Shown: positions 49,601-59,725 of the stretch, piece after piece
How positions within the stretch are numbered: position 1 is the stretch's first letter
Layout of the letters: each line of letters opens with the position of its first letter
NCBI GenBank assembly: GCA_913046315.1
Contig: CAJWRW010000003.1
Coordinates: forward strand, 1-60,134
Direction of reading: 5' to 3'
DNA from: an uncultured Flavobacteriales bacterium
Lineage (GTDB): Bacteria; Bacteroidota; Bacteroidia; Flavobacteriales; BACL11
DNA: 60,134 bases
Made by a program: the position numbers and the translations under genes
Notes under the pieces: generated by a model
What the model was told of the DNA's origin: nothing
Seen by the model: the letters and a program-made list of their open reading frames with translations, nothing else
Database searches by the model: none

Positions 49601-49698
49601 CGGAAATAGTGATAGAAATTTTGGATGAAGAAATAAATTATGAAATGCTTTTTGAGTTAGAATCTGATACTAATGAAATACTAAAAATAAAAAAATAA
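46624..49698 (+). CDS. Large secreted tetratricopeptide-repeat (TPR) protein
   Basis: ~1024 aa. Signal peptide MLKKYSLLAVFFLSVFLLSAQ. More than 15 TPR-like units are present (Y..A...Y...Y..A periodicity throughout). Confidence 0.85.
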   Translation: MLKKYSLLAVFFLSVFLLSAQVQSTSVFTDAKALFKEKNYVVAQNLFYQIYNDKSALESQREEALFHIAICSKKLFNEDAEFWFDEFLSSYPYSSKINSVNYELGLYYYSKKSYDKTINYFAKCDNTNDEYNFKLAYSYFILDSLSSSKYYFSKLLNVNSKYASSSNYFYAHIAYKQQHYKTALSAFLKLKDDDNFANIIPYYISQIYFLQKRYDELVAYAEPMIDKVISSREGELNRVLAEAYYNKKDYKSATEYFEVYFEKSSHSTSLDKLQLGHAYHNISDFENAIRYLEPLQFDVDSSTQFTAYYLANSYLQIDEKQYALAAFKKAADINYNPLLQEDAYFNYAKLSYELDLPFENVLSILQQYLNNFENSAHKKLINDLMINALQNTSRYEQAFKKLEAIEYPSQKQKLAIQRLCFFIGVKAFNNADFNQAISLFENSNKYPIDDDVFAISTYWLADCYFRLSDYSNSIKLYNDYLALSLSSTTDFAQYNLAYAYFQQKDYQKAKNSFRKFIKIAKDSMRLNDAYLRLADCYFMLSDFRMAEKNYAKAISCNLFDADYALYNQSVCLGLIGKYSAKEKILKQFIESHQKSIYFDDALLDLAVYCKNNNQKEKALDTYNQLLNFISDEHLKAKIHLSKGMIYFNAGDTEKAIVSFMVVINDFAKTTYFKDALSGMRAAYISIAKVDEYLAVVNALSQVNISRADQDSLTYNTAFMKFAEGDYSVARNTFKNYISNFSDGIFLVDANYYLAESCKEENDSACVLNAFREVIKANSQHLEPANLYLARHYFKLSDFDQSINYYRAVEKIATNNSSKREAIIRLMLANKEVEKASEDAVVYAKKVLQLDKVDQGLKNKADLILAESFFDNGNFQKAEKVFADLSKNSETSIGAEATYMLAYLSFLNDSLQQAENNIYHLANDFTADYWIAKGFILLSEIYAQKGNYFQAKATLESIIENYQGEELLIVARKKFEAILQKEITVAAARAEKKSEIVIEILDEEINYEMLFELESDTNEILKIKK

Positions 49699-49702
49699 AA
49701 AA

Positions 49703-51343
49703 ATGAAAAGCACTTTTCTTTTACTACTTCTGAGTTTGATGTGTTCAATTACTCTACAATCACAAGATATAAAAGCTACAGAGGTGAGCGTAACAGAAGG
49801 ATTCAAGCCTTCAATTCCTGAAGCAAATAAATTAAATGAGCAAGCTTCTTTTGCAGACACACTAAAAGTGGATAAAAGCCAAACTTATTCAACAGGTCAA
49901 TTTAACTTGAAAACTAATTACAAAACACGGCCACTTAAAGCAGCCAAAGTAAAGGATGAGAGTATTGCTAAACTGTACGATAATCAAACTTCTATTGGTT
50001 TTGGAGATAATTCAAATAAGCACTTTTCATTTTTGCACAATAGCAAGCGTTCTGCAGACTTTAACTATGGTTTTATTTTACAGCATATATCTAATAAATA
50101 CAAACCAAAAAATTATCAAGTGAAGAATAGTCAAAATCTTTTTAATTTAGATGCAAAAAAGATTACTTCGTCTCATATTTTTATTGCAAATCTAGAATAT
50201 GATAGAAGGACTGCTTCATATTTTAATATATCATCACAAGAAGAAGAGAAATATTTTAGAAATAGATTTGCATTTAGTAAAGTCTCAATGACAGCACTTA
50301 ATAAGAACAGTAGTCAGTCATTAATTAAAAAAGTGAATTTTTTTCTTTCTGATTTTAATGAGATGTCAGAAAATCAAGTGCATTTAAGTGCTGATTTAGA
50401 AAAAGAAATTAACAGTATACCAATTAATATTGAGATAGAGTTTAACAATTTCCTTAATTACAATAATAAAGATTCAAGATATGAGCCCTTAGATTTGAAA
50501 GAACTTCATTTTGTGCCACAAGCAAGTTTTGACAAAATCGGCATAAATTTTCAGGCTGGTTTGAATTTTCATTATGATCCTTATAGGGTTGCAGTTTCGC
50601 CACTAATTAATGTAACTAAGGAGTTGGTTAAAGATATTTTATTGATCTCTGGTGGTGTTCGGCATAATGAAGAAAAGCATACATTAAAGACAGTTTCTGA
50701 TGTAAATCCTTATTTGCATTCTTATGGGTCTAATCAGGCTATTATTAGCAGGGGTGGTTTCTTACAAGAATTAAAAAGTACAGCCGGAGAAGAGCTTTTT
50801 TTCTCTATGCGTAATAAATTAGGACCAAATGAGGTGTTTGAAGTTAGTATAGCTTATGGGCAGTTTACTGATTTTGCTAATTTTCTTGGCCTTGATAATG
50901 GAGATTATAATCGATTTGTTATTGATTATGTTGATTTAAAACAGCTTCAAATTAGTTTAGATTATACAAGAGAGTTAAATGATGTAATGTCATTAGATGC
51001 ACAAGCTGATTATTTTAATTGGAATAAAGAGGTTTATTATAAGCCTAATTTAATTGCTGATATTAGCTTGTTAATTAATTTGAGAGATAAAATCAAAGTT
51101 ATACCATCAATAAAATATACAGGTTCGAGACTTTCTTATAAGGAGGATAGTTCTATCTCTCAGATTTTAGTAGATGATTTACCATCTCAATTTCATGCTA
51201 ATTTAATGCTGCAATATAGCTATACTAAAATTTTATCAGCATACCTTCAGCTGAGTAATCTAACCAACTCTCAAGAGGCGCTTTTTAAGGGCTATCAGGA
51301 AATTGGATTTAATGGGGTATTTGGCATCAATTATTCCTTCTAA
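49703..51343 (+). CDS. Putative outer-membrane beta-barrel protein
   Basis: 546 aa. Signal peptide (ITLQSQ), alternating amphipathic strands, and a C-terminal ...GINYSF with terminal Phe typical of OMPs. It starts 4 nt after the TPR gene. Confidence 0.65.
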   Translation: MKSTFLLLLLSLMCSITLQSQDIKATEVSVTEGFKPSIPEANKLNEQASFADTLKVDKSQTYSTGQFNLKTNYKTRPLKAAKVKDESIAKLYDNQTSIGFGDNSNKHFSFLHNSKRSADFNYGFILQHISNKYKPKNYQVKNSQNLFNLDAKKITSSHIFIANLEYDRRTASYFNISSQEEEKYFRNRFAFSKVSMTALNKNSSQSLIKKVNFFLSDFNEMSENQVHLSADLEKEINSIPINIEIEFNNFLNYNNKDSRYEPLDLKELHFVPQASFDKIGINFQAGLNFHYDPYRVAVSPLINVTKELVKDILLISGGVRHNEEKHTLKTVSDVNPYLHSYGSNQAIISRGGFLQELKSTAGEELFFSMRNKLGPNEVFEVSIAYGQFTDFANFLGLDNGDYNRFVIDYVDLKQLQISLDYTRELNDVMSLDAQADYFNWNKEVYYKPNLIADISLLINLRDKIKVIPSIKYTGSRLSYKEDSSISQILVDDLPSQFHANLMLQYSYTKILSAYLQLSNLTNSQEALFKGYQEIGFNGVFGINYSF

Positions 51344-51417
51344 AAGTTATCAACTTTTGTTAATAAAATAAGCTATTTTTCTTTCAAGAATTTAGCCTCT
51401 AATCGGTAGTAAAATTG

Positions 51418-51425
51418 TATATTTG
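51418..51425 (+). promoter_or_regulatory. -7 promoter box (TAtaTTTG) upstream of gyrB
   Basis: It lies 38 nt upstream of the gyrB ATG (51463). Confidence 0.35.
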
Positions 51426-51438
51426 TTTGTTTTTTTAA

Positions 51439-53415
<1,977 letters not shown>

Positions 53416-53458
53416 CAATCGTCATAAAAGTATAATTTCAATACTAAAAACATAAGAA

Positions 53459-54400
53459 ATGAAAGTAACAGTAGTAGGCGCAGGTGCAGTAGGTGCAAGT
53501 TGTGCAGAATATATTGCCATTAAAAATTTTGCATCAGAAGTAGTATTAGTAGACATAAAAGAAAATTTTGCAGAAGGAAAAGCAATGGATTTGATGCAAA
53601 CTGCATCATTAAATAGGTTTGATACTAAGATTACAGGAACAACAGGCGATTATTCAAAAACAGTTGGAAGTAGTGTGGCCGTTATCACTTCAGGAATTCC
53701 AAGAAAACCTGGGATGACGCGTGAAGAATTAATCGGTATAAATGCAGGAATTGTTAAATCAGTTGCTGAGCAATTAATTGAGCACTCTCCTGATGTTATT
53801 TTAATCATTGTCAGTAATCCAATGGACACCATGACGTACCTTACGCATAAAACCCTTGGGTTACCTAAAAATAGAATTATAGGAATGGGAGGAGCTTTGG
53901 ATTCAGCTCGTTTCAAATATAGATTAGCTGAAGCAATGGATTGCCCAAGTTCAGATGTAGATGGCATGGTAATTGGCGGGCATTCTGATGTGGGGATGGT
54001 GCCACTTACAAGATTGGCATCAAGAAATTCTGTTAGGGTTTCTGAATTTTTGTCAGAAGAAAAATTAAATGAAGTTTTGGAAGCAACAAAAGTTGGTGGA
54101 GCTACTTTAACTAAGATGTTAGGCACCTCAGCTTGGTACGCTCCAGGAGCTGCAGTATCTTCTTTGGTGCATTCAATTGTTTGCGATCAGCAGAAAATGT
54201 TTCCATGTTCTGCATTTTTAGAAGGAGAATACAATCTTTCTGATTTATGTATTGGCGTTCCAGTATTGCTTGGTGCTAATGGAATTGAAAAGATCGTAGA
54301 AATTGATTTAGATAATTCTGAGAAAGAGAAATTAGCTAATTCTGCTCAAGGTGTTAGAAAAACAAACGACCTTCTTAGAGAGATTGGTGCACTAGCCTAA
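53459..54400 (+). CDS. mdh: Malate dehydrogenase (LDH-like type)
   Basis: 313 aa. Rossmann fold MKVTVVGAGAVG, substrate-binding GIPRKPGMTR, and catalytic IGGHSD. Confidence 0.93.
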   Translation: MKVTVVGAGAVGASCAEYIAIKNFASEVVLVDIKENFAEGKAMDLMQTASLNRFDTKITGTTGDYSKTVGSSVAVITSGIPRKPGMTREELIGINAGIVKSVAEQLIEHSPDVILIIVSNPMDTMTYLTHKTLGLPKNRIIGMGGALDSARFKYRLAEAMDCPSSDVDGMVIGGHSDVGMVPLTRLASRNSVRVSEFLSEEKLNEVLEATKVGGATLTKMLGTSAWYAPGAAVSSLVHSIVCDQQKMFPCSAFLEGEYNLSDLCIGVPVLLGANGIEKIVEIDLDNSEKEKLANSAQGVRKTNDLLREIGALA

Positions 54401-54422
54401 ATATTGAATACATAAGATTCTT

Positions 54423-54470
54423 ACAGGATTTTTCATTATAACATCCTGTTCAAATAAGTTTTTTTTATTT
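54423..54470 (+). terminator. Possible terminator after mdh
   Basis: Perfect 7-bp inverted repeat ACAGGAT (54423-54429) / ATCCTGT (54443-54449). The T8 run begins only 10 nt downstream (54459), so the geometry is atypical. Confidence 0.35.
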
Positions 54471-54473
54471 TTG
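54466..54473 (+). promoter_or_regulatory. -7 promoter box (TAttTTTG) upstream of the mbnP-like gene
   Basis: It lies 26 nt upstream of the ATG at 54499. Confidence 0.35.
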
Positions 54474-54498
54474 TCTTATATACTAAAAACTGAAAAAA

Positions 54499-55299
54499 AT
54501 GAAGAAGCTACTTTTTTTGAGTTCTCTGTTTCTTTTTCTTGGATGCAGTAAAGACTCGAATGGCCCTCAAACTACTATCCTGTCTGTTGATTTTACCCAT
54601 ACTGTTTCTGGAAGTGACCTTATAATGTATCCTTTTGGCTCTTTAATTGGAGAGGACTGTATTGAAGGTCATCTTTGTTGTGTTAGTGGGTTGAATTATA
54701 CAAATGCTGCTGGAGATAATTATAATATTGAAAGATTATGGTATTTAATCACTGACATCTACTTACATTCATCAGATGGAAGCAGTAAGCTCTTAAAAGA
54801 AGTTCACTTTATTGATGCCAATGATCGTTCTACTTTTAGTATTGATGCTGGTGAGTTAGATAATGGAATTTATTCAAAAATAACTTTTACTATGGGACTA
54901 GACTCCAATTTAAATATAGATAACAAATATGTAAATCAAAGCTGGCATGATGATATGTTTTGGCCAAATACTCCAATGATGGGAGCTGGAGGATATCATT
55001 ACATGAAGCTTGAAGGGTCTTTTGACACAGTAGCAACCAAATATAATGCACATACAGGCCCAACTATGGCTATGGATATGTCTTTTGATAAAGAATTTGA
55101 TATTTTTTTAAATGTTGATGATGATTTAGGTGATGTCAATTTATCTGTAAACATGGAAATTAATAATTGGTTTCAAAATCCGAACACAATATCTTTTCAT
55201 GACTTTCCAAATGGCATGATGGGTAGTATGAATATGCAGCATAAGTTTGAAGCTAATGGAGAGGCAGACGTGTTTTCAATTACAACAATAAATCGGTGA
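54499..55299 (+). CDS. mbnP: MbnP-family lipoprotein (putative copper-binding partner of MbnH)
   Basis: 266 aa. Lipobox LFLGCS. The region WHDDMFWPNTPMMGAGGYHYMKLEGSF resembles the MbnP family. It is coupled by a GTGA overlap to a di-haem peroxidase gene. Confidence 0.65.
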   Translation: MKKLLFLSSLFLFLGCSKDSNGPQTTILSVDFTHTVSGSDLIMYPFGSLIGEDCIEGHLCCVSGLNYTNAAGDNYNIERLWYLITDIYLHSSDGSSKLLKEVHFIDANDRSTFSIDAGELDNGIYSKITFTMGLDSNLNIDNKYVNQSWHDDMFWPNTPMMGAGGYHYMKLEGSFDTVATKYNAHTGPTMAMDMSFDKEFDIFLNVDDDLGDVNLSVNMEINNWFQNPNTISFHDFPNGMMGSMNMQHKFEANGEADVFSITTINR

Positions 55300-56420
55300 T
55301 TAAACTTAATAAGGTATTGTATGCCTTATGTTGTTTAATTTTTTTGCTTTCATGCAAAAAGGACTTCCTTATTATACAAGGTTGTACAGATAAAAGTGCT
55401 TTAAATTATAATAGCTCTGCAACTTATGAAGATGGAAGTTGTGATTACGATACGTTAATCCCATATCAAACCACTCCTTACATGATTATTATTCCAGAAG
55501 GATTTCCAGATATGGATATCCCCGAAAATAATCCTATGACAGTAGAAGGTGTTGAGCTTGGTAAAAAGCTTTTTCATGATCCTATTCTAAGTGGAGATGG
55601 GACACTAAGTTGTGCATCTTGCCATATGCAATCCTCATCATTTTCTGACCCAAATCGATTTAGTACTGGAATTAACGGTATACAAGGATCAAGGAATGCT
55701 AGTGCGATAATTAACTTAGGATGGACTAATAGTTTTAATTGGGACGGAAGTGCTTCTACATTAGAAGAGCAAGGTTTTGAGCCAGTTATTAATCCAATTG
55801 AAATGAATAATACTTGGCCAAATGTTGAGAACGTATTAAATGCAGATACAAATTATAAGGAACTTTTTCGCAGAGCTTTCAATACTCAGAAAATAGACTC
55901 TACACATGTAGTGATGGCGATTGCACAATTTGAACGCACTTTGATTTCTGTAAATTCTAGATATGATAAGTATTTAAGACAAGAGTTGCAATTAACACCT
56001 TCCGAATTGAATGGATATGTTATTTTTAATTCAGAACAAGGTGATTGTTTCCACTGTCATGGTACAAATAAGCTAATGGATAATTCATTTCATAATAATG
56101 CATTAGATTTAGAGCCATTTTTGGATAATGGTTTGGGACAAGTTACAGGCCTAGCTTCCGATTATGGAAAATTCAAAACACCAACACTCAGAAATATTGA
56201 GTTTTCCGCACCCTATATGCATGACGGTAGATTTGCTACTTTGGAGGAAGTTGTAGAACACTACAATAGTGGCGGGGAATACTCCTCCACTGTGGATCCT
56301 TTGATGAAAAAATTGGGAGTAGGATTGCAACTCACCAATCAGCAAAAGGAAGATTTAATTGCTTTCCTGAAAGCATTATCAGATACTGATTTTATCAATA
56401 ACCCTGATTTTACTCCTTAA
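55296..56420 (+). CDS. mbnH: Di-haem cytochrome c peroxidase / MauG-like enzyme (MbnH family), lipoprotein
   Basis: 374 aa. GTG start overlaps the mbnP stop. Lipobox LLSC. Haem motifs CASCH (55611-55625) and CFHCH (56046-56060). CCP/MauG pattern FKTPTLRNIEFSAPYMHDGRFATLEEVVEHY. Confidence 0.8.
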   Translation: MIKLNKVLYALCCLIFLLSCKKDFLIIQGCTDKSALNYNSSATYEDGSCDYDTLIPYQTTPYMIIIPEGFPDMDIPENNPMTVEGVELGKKLFHDPILSGDGTLSCASCHMQSSSFSDPNRFSTGINGIQGSRNASAIINLGWTNSFNWDGSASTLEEQGFEPVINPIEMNNTWPNVENVLNADTNYKELFRRAFNTQKIDSTHVVMAIAQFERTLISVNSRYDKYLRQELQLTPSELNGYVIFNSEQGDCFHCHGTNKLMDNSFHNNALDLEPFLDNGLGQVTGLASDYGKFKTPTLRNIEFSAPYMHDGRFATLEEVVEHYNSGGEYSSTVDPLMKKLGVGLQLTNQQKEDLIAFLKALSDTDFINNPDFTP

Positions 56421-58602
56421 TAAATTTAGCTGTACGATTTCCTAATTTAACAAAGTAAATGCCGGCCGCTAGTCTGCTGATGTTTAACTCATGAGTTATT
56501 GTCTTTTTTTCTTCTGAAAAAAGCGTTTTACCTAAGATGTTTTGAATTTGGATATTAGTATTTATATCCGCTTGTACATATAGCTTCTTTTGAGTTGGAT
56601 TTGGATAAATTAAAAGCGCCTCTTTTACGGTTATATCATCTAGCTTTGTAGTTATACTATCTCCACTAAAAAAACTCAAACCTCCACAATAGTTGCCAAC
56701 TACCATATCAGGAATCTGATCATTATTTACATCTTTTATACTTAATGCAGTTTTACCTCCTTCCATTATATTTTGCTCTTGATTGCTTACCAAGTTAAAA
56801 CTACCTGATAAGTTACCATCAATATCATTGTAGTGATAAATGGCACCAGTATAAGAGCCGACATATAAATGATAGACGCTATCAATATCTACCATATGTG
56901 GTGTGCTAAAACCAGAAGAAATAGTAGCAGAATCTACATCAATCCCACCAAAATTAGTGATGATTGAATCAAAAACTGCTGTTGTGCTTGTGCCATTGTT
57001 TGGGAAATAACTGAGTTGTCCTGTTTTGTTACCTACCAGCAAATCATTTAGTCCATCTCTATTTACATCAATAATTTGAGGTGCAGAAAAATAGCCAACA
57101 TCTATTTTCTCATAATCTGCTACTGCAAGGGTAAATGAGGATACAGCTCCTGCATCATTGGTAAAATAATGCAATTTTCCATCAGCATCACCTACAATCA
57201 AATCTTTAAAGCCATCTCCATTCAAATCACCAAATGCTGGGTAGATATTAAGTGCAGGAATGTTCAAAATAATATTCAAATTAAGTGCTGATATTCCAGC
57301 AAAATCTCTTGTTATCAAATCATAAACTGGCTGTGTAATGCTGCCAATATTTTCAAAAAGTGCAAGTCCAGAAACATCATTGCCACTTACATCATGATAG
57401 CCATAATTCCCAACTACAATATCCATCAGGCTATCATTGTTATAATCGAAAAAAACAGGGTAAGCCCCCTCTCCCAAATCTATCATATCTTCTTGCAAGA
57501 ATGCTTTACTTACAAAATTAAAATCAGGAAGTGTATTGGTGCCGCTATTGGAAAACAGCCACATGCTTTTAAAATTTTCAGCATTAGCTTGGCTGTTGGT
57601 TGCCACTAGCAAATCCTTTTTTCCATCATGGGTCAAATCCAAATAAAAGGAGGCTGGAAACAAATGTAAATCAGTTGCTAGTGTATTATTGTTGTTTGCA
57701 GGAAAGGTGCTATCAACAGCACTCATATTTGCATACATGCTATCACCACCATTTATTAGTAGATTCAAATTGGTATAACTGATATCTCCTAATATTATAT
57801 CTTTATCATTATCATCATCAATATCGATTGCAAGCAGAGTTGATCCCGCATGTTTTTGCTTGCTGTAGGATGTATAGGGTATAAAAGGAGGGGAACAACT
57901 ATCAGGATGACAAGTTGTGCAATTGATTAAATAGCTATTCAATCCTTCAAAGAAATTTCCCCAACAGCTTTCCTCCTTTCTATAAGCTATAGTATCACAA
58001 CTTCCAGTTAATTCTATGGCCATATTTCTATGTAACTCCACAAAACCTCCAATAATTGAAAAGGTAAGTATATCTAAATCCCCATCATTATCTATATCAG
58101 TAATTGCCGGTATGTCAGCACCACTTACATAAAGATTTAAGTTTGAACTTCCATAATCTGACATAATTAGTGGGGTTATCATACTAAAGGAAAGAGAGCT
58201 GGTTGACGTGTTCTTTAATACCGAAATTCCAGCAGAAGAATAGGTAAAAATATCCTCTTTTCCATCACAGTTATAATCGGCAAAAATTAACCAATCGTGC
58301 AAATCGTTTGAAAAAGCGGAGCGATATTCTGGAGCAAATACATATTTCCCATTTATGTTTAGAAATGGCGTAAGTTTATTTCCTGTCCTATCAAAAATAA
58401 CAAGGTCTTTTACGCCATCAAGGTTAATATCAATTTCAGACGGTTGTGCAGCATTAATACCGCCAGCCCAAGCATAATTGAAATGTATACCATTTTCCAT
58501 TGCAGCAATAGAAGTGTCTCTATTAAAATTGATTTGAGCAAAAGTTGAGCAAAACAGAAAAATTGTAATTAAAAAAATGAGGGTTTTTTTCATTTCATTC
58601 AA
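56410..58602 (-). CDS. FG-GAP/VCBS-repeat protein with T9SS C-terminal sorting domain
   Basis: 730 aa with a signal peptide. Repeated D.N.DG..D motifs (DINLDGVKDL, DIDNDGDLDI, DVNRDGLNDL, DVNNDQIPDM). The C-terminal ~70 aa LIYPNPTQKKLYVQ...AAGIYFVKL... form a type A Por secretion tail. Confidence 0.88.
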   Translation of the reverse strand: MNEMKKTLIFLITIFLFCSTFAQINFNRDTSIAAMENGIHFNYAWAGGINAAQPSEIDINLDGVKDLVIFDRTGNKLTPFLNINGKYVFAPEYRSAFSNDLHDWLIFADYNCDGKEDIFTYSSAGISVLKNTSTSSLSFSMITPLIMSDYGSSNLNLYVSGADIPAITDIDNDGDLDILTFSIIGGFVELHRNMAIELTGSCDTIAYRKEESCWGNFFEGLNSYLINCTTCHPDSCSPPFIPYTSYSKQKHAGSTLLAIDIDDDNDKDIILGDISYTNLNLLINGGDSMYANMSAVDSTFPANNNNTLATDLHLFPASFYLDLTHDGKKDLLVATNSQANAENFKSMWLFSNSGTNTLPDFNFVSKAFLQEDMIDLGEGAYPVFFDYNNDSLMDIVVGNYGYHDVSGNDVSGLALFENIGSITQPVYDLITRDFAGISALNLNIILNIPALNIYPAFGDLNGDGFKDLIVGDADGKLHYFTNDAGAVSSFTLAVADYEKIDVGYFSAPQIIDVNRDGLNDLLVGNKTGQLSYFPNNGTSTTAVFDSIITNFGGIDVDSATISSGFSTPHMVDIDSVYHLYVGSYTGAIYHYNDIDGNLSGSFNLVSNQEQNIMEGGKTALSIKDVNNDQIPDMVVGNYCGGLSFFSGDSITTKLDDITVKEALLIYPNPTQKKLYVQADINTNIQIQNILGKTLFSEEKKTITHELNISRLAAGIYFVKLGNRTAKFIKE

Positions 58603-58690
58603 AATAATGAATACAAAGAAAGCGAAAAAATAGCAATCTTATCTCAAAAAACTTCATATTTAATACTCAAATAAATGCCCTGATATTTTA

Positions 58691-58721
58691 TTGTGTATGT
58701 AAGAATGAAATTCTATATTTG
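58691..58721 (+). promoter_or_regulatory. Bacteroidota-type promoter for secDF (-33 TTG / -7 TAtaTTTG)
   Basis: TTG at 58691-58693, a 20-nt spacer, then TATATTTG at 58714-58721. It lies 39 nt upstream of the ATG at 58760. Confidence 0.45.
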
Positions 58722-58759
58722 CCGTTCGAATTTTTTAGCTAAAATAAAATTAAGAAATA

Positions 58760-59701
58760 ATGCAAAATAGAAACGCAATTAAAGTATTCGCTTTGCTATT
58801 CACTATCGTTTGCTTATATCAACTATCCTTTACTTGGGTGGCTGATGCTGTCCAACAAGATGCAGTTGAATATGCTAATACTTATGTTGAAAGCAATAAA
58901 GAAGAACTGATCTCAACATTATCAGAAAGCTCCAATGACAGTTTAATAGACACTACCATTGTAAATGAATATCTTAACGCCGAAGCTTACAAAAAAGAGA
59001 AATATTATCTAGATTCAATAAGCAGTGAAAAGGTTTATGATATTTGGGTGAAAGACTATACCTACAAAGAATGTCAGGAGAGAGAAATCAACTTAGGGCT
59101 TGACCTTAAGGGCGGAATGAATGTGACTTTGGAAGTTTCAGTTGTAGATGTGATTAGAGCCTTGGCAAATAATACAAATGATGAGAACTTCAATATTGCA
59201 ATTGCAAATGCTCAGCAAATGCAAAAGAACTCCCAAGATGATTTTGTTACTTTATTTGATTTAGAATACGAAAAACTATCTCCAAACAATGGTTTAGCTG
59301 TGTTGTTTATGGCGCAAATGAGAGAAGAGGTTAAAATAAATGCCACTAATAAAGAAGTAGTTACGGTAATAAGAGTAGAGGTAGAGGATGCTATTAGTCG
59401 TTCATTCAATATTTTGCGTTCTCGTATCGATAGATTTGGTGTTACCCAACCTAATATTCAAAGGTTAGAAAATTCTGGTAGAATTTTGGTAGAACTTCCT
59501 GGAATTAAAGAGCCAGAAAGAGCTAGAAAGCTTTTGCAATCAACTGCTAAATTAGAGTTTTGGGAAACCTATGAGTATGCGCAATTATTATCTTCATTAG
59601 AGGATGCTAATCGATATTTAAGAGAAGAATTAGCGCTTAATGACACTACTGCTAAAAAAGAAGTAGAGGAACTTTTATCAACTAATTTAAATATTTTTTG
59701 A
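58760..59701 (+). CDS. secDF: Protein translocase SecDF fusion, N-terminal 313 codons only (truncated at a sequence junction)
   Basis: N-terminal TM helix (AIKVFALLFTIVCLYQLSF) and P1 periplasmic region (GLDLKGGMNVTLEVS, ILRSRIDRFGVTQPNIQR, ILVELPGIKEPERARKLLQSTAKLEFWE). The ORF stops at TGA 59699-59701, well before the 12-TM core expected for ~1000-aa Bacteroidota SecDF. Confidence 0.8.
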   Translation: MQNRNAIKVFALLFTIVCLYQLSFTWVADAVQQDAVEYANTYVESNKEELISTLSESSNDSLIDTTIVNEYLNAEAYKKEKYYLDSISSEKVYDIWVKDYTYKECQEREINLGLDLKGGMNVTLEVSVVDVIRALANNTNDENFNIAIANAQQMQKNSQDDFVTLFDLEYEKLSPNNGLAVLFMAQMREEVKINATNKEVVTVIRVEVEDAISRSFNILRSRIDRFGVTQPNIQRLENSGRILVELPGIKEPERARKLLQSTAKLEFWETYEYAQLLSSLEDANRYLREELALNDTTAKKEVEELLSTNLNIF

Positions 59702-59725
59702 CCTACCTCTTCAACTTTTTCTTTT

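Noticed and set aside
53650-54126. 158-aa minus-strand ORF inside mdh.
   Set aside because: It is fully antisense to a well-conserved mdh coding region, and I recognise no motifs. It looks like a typical antisense open frame.
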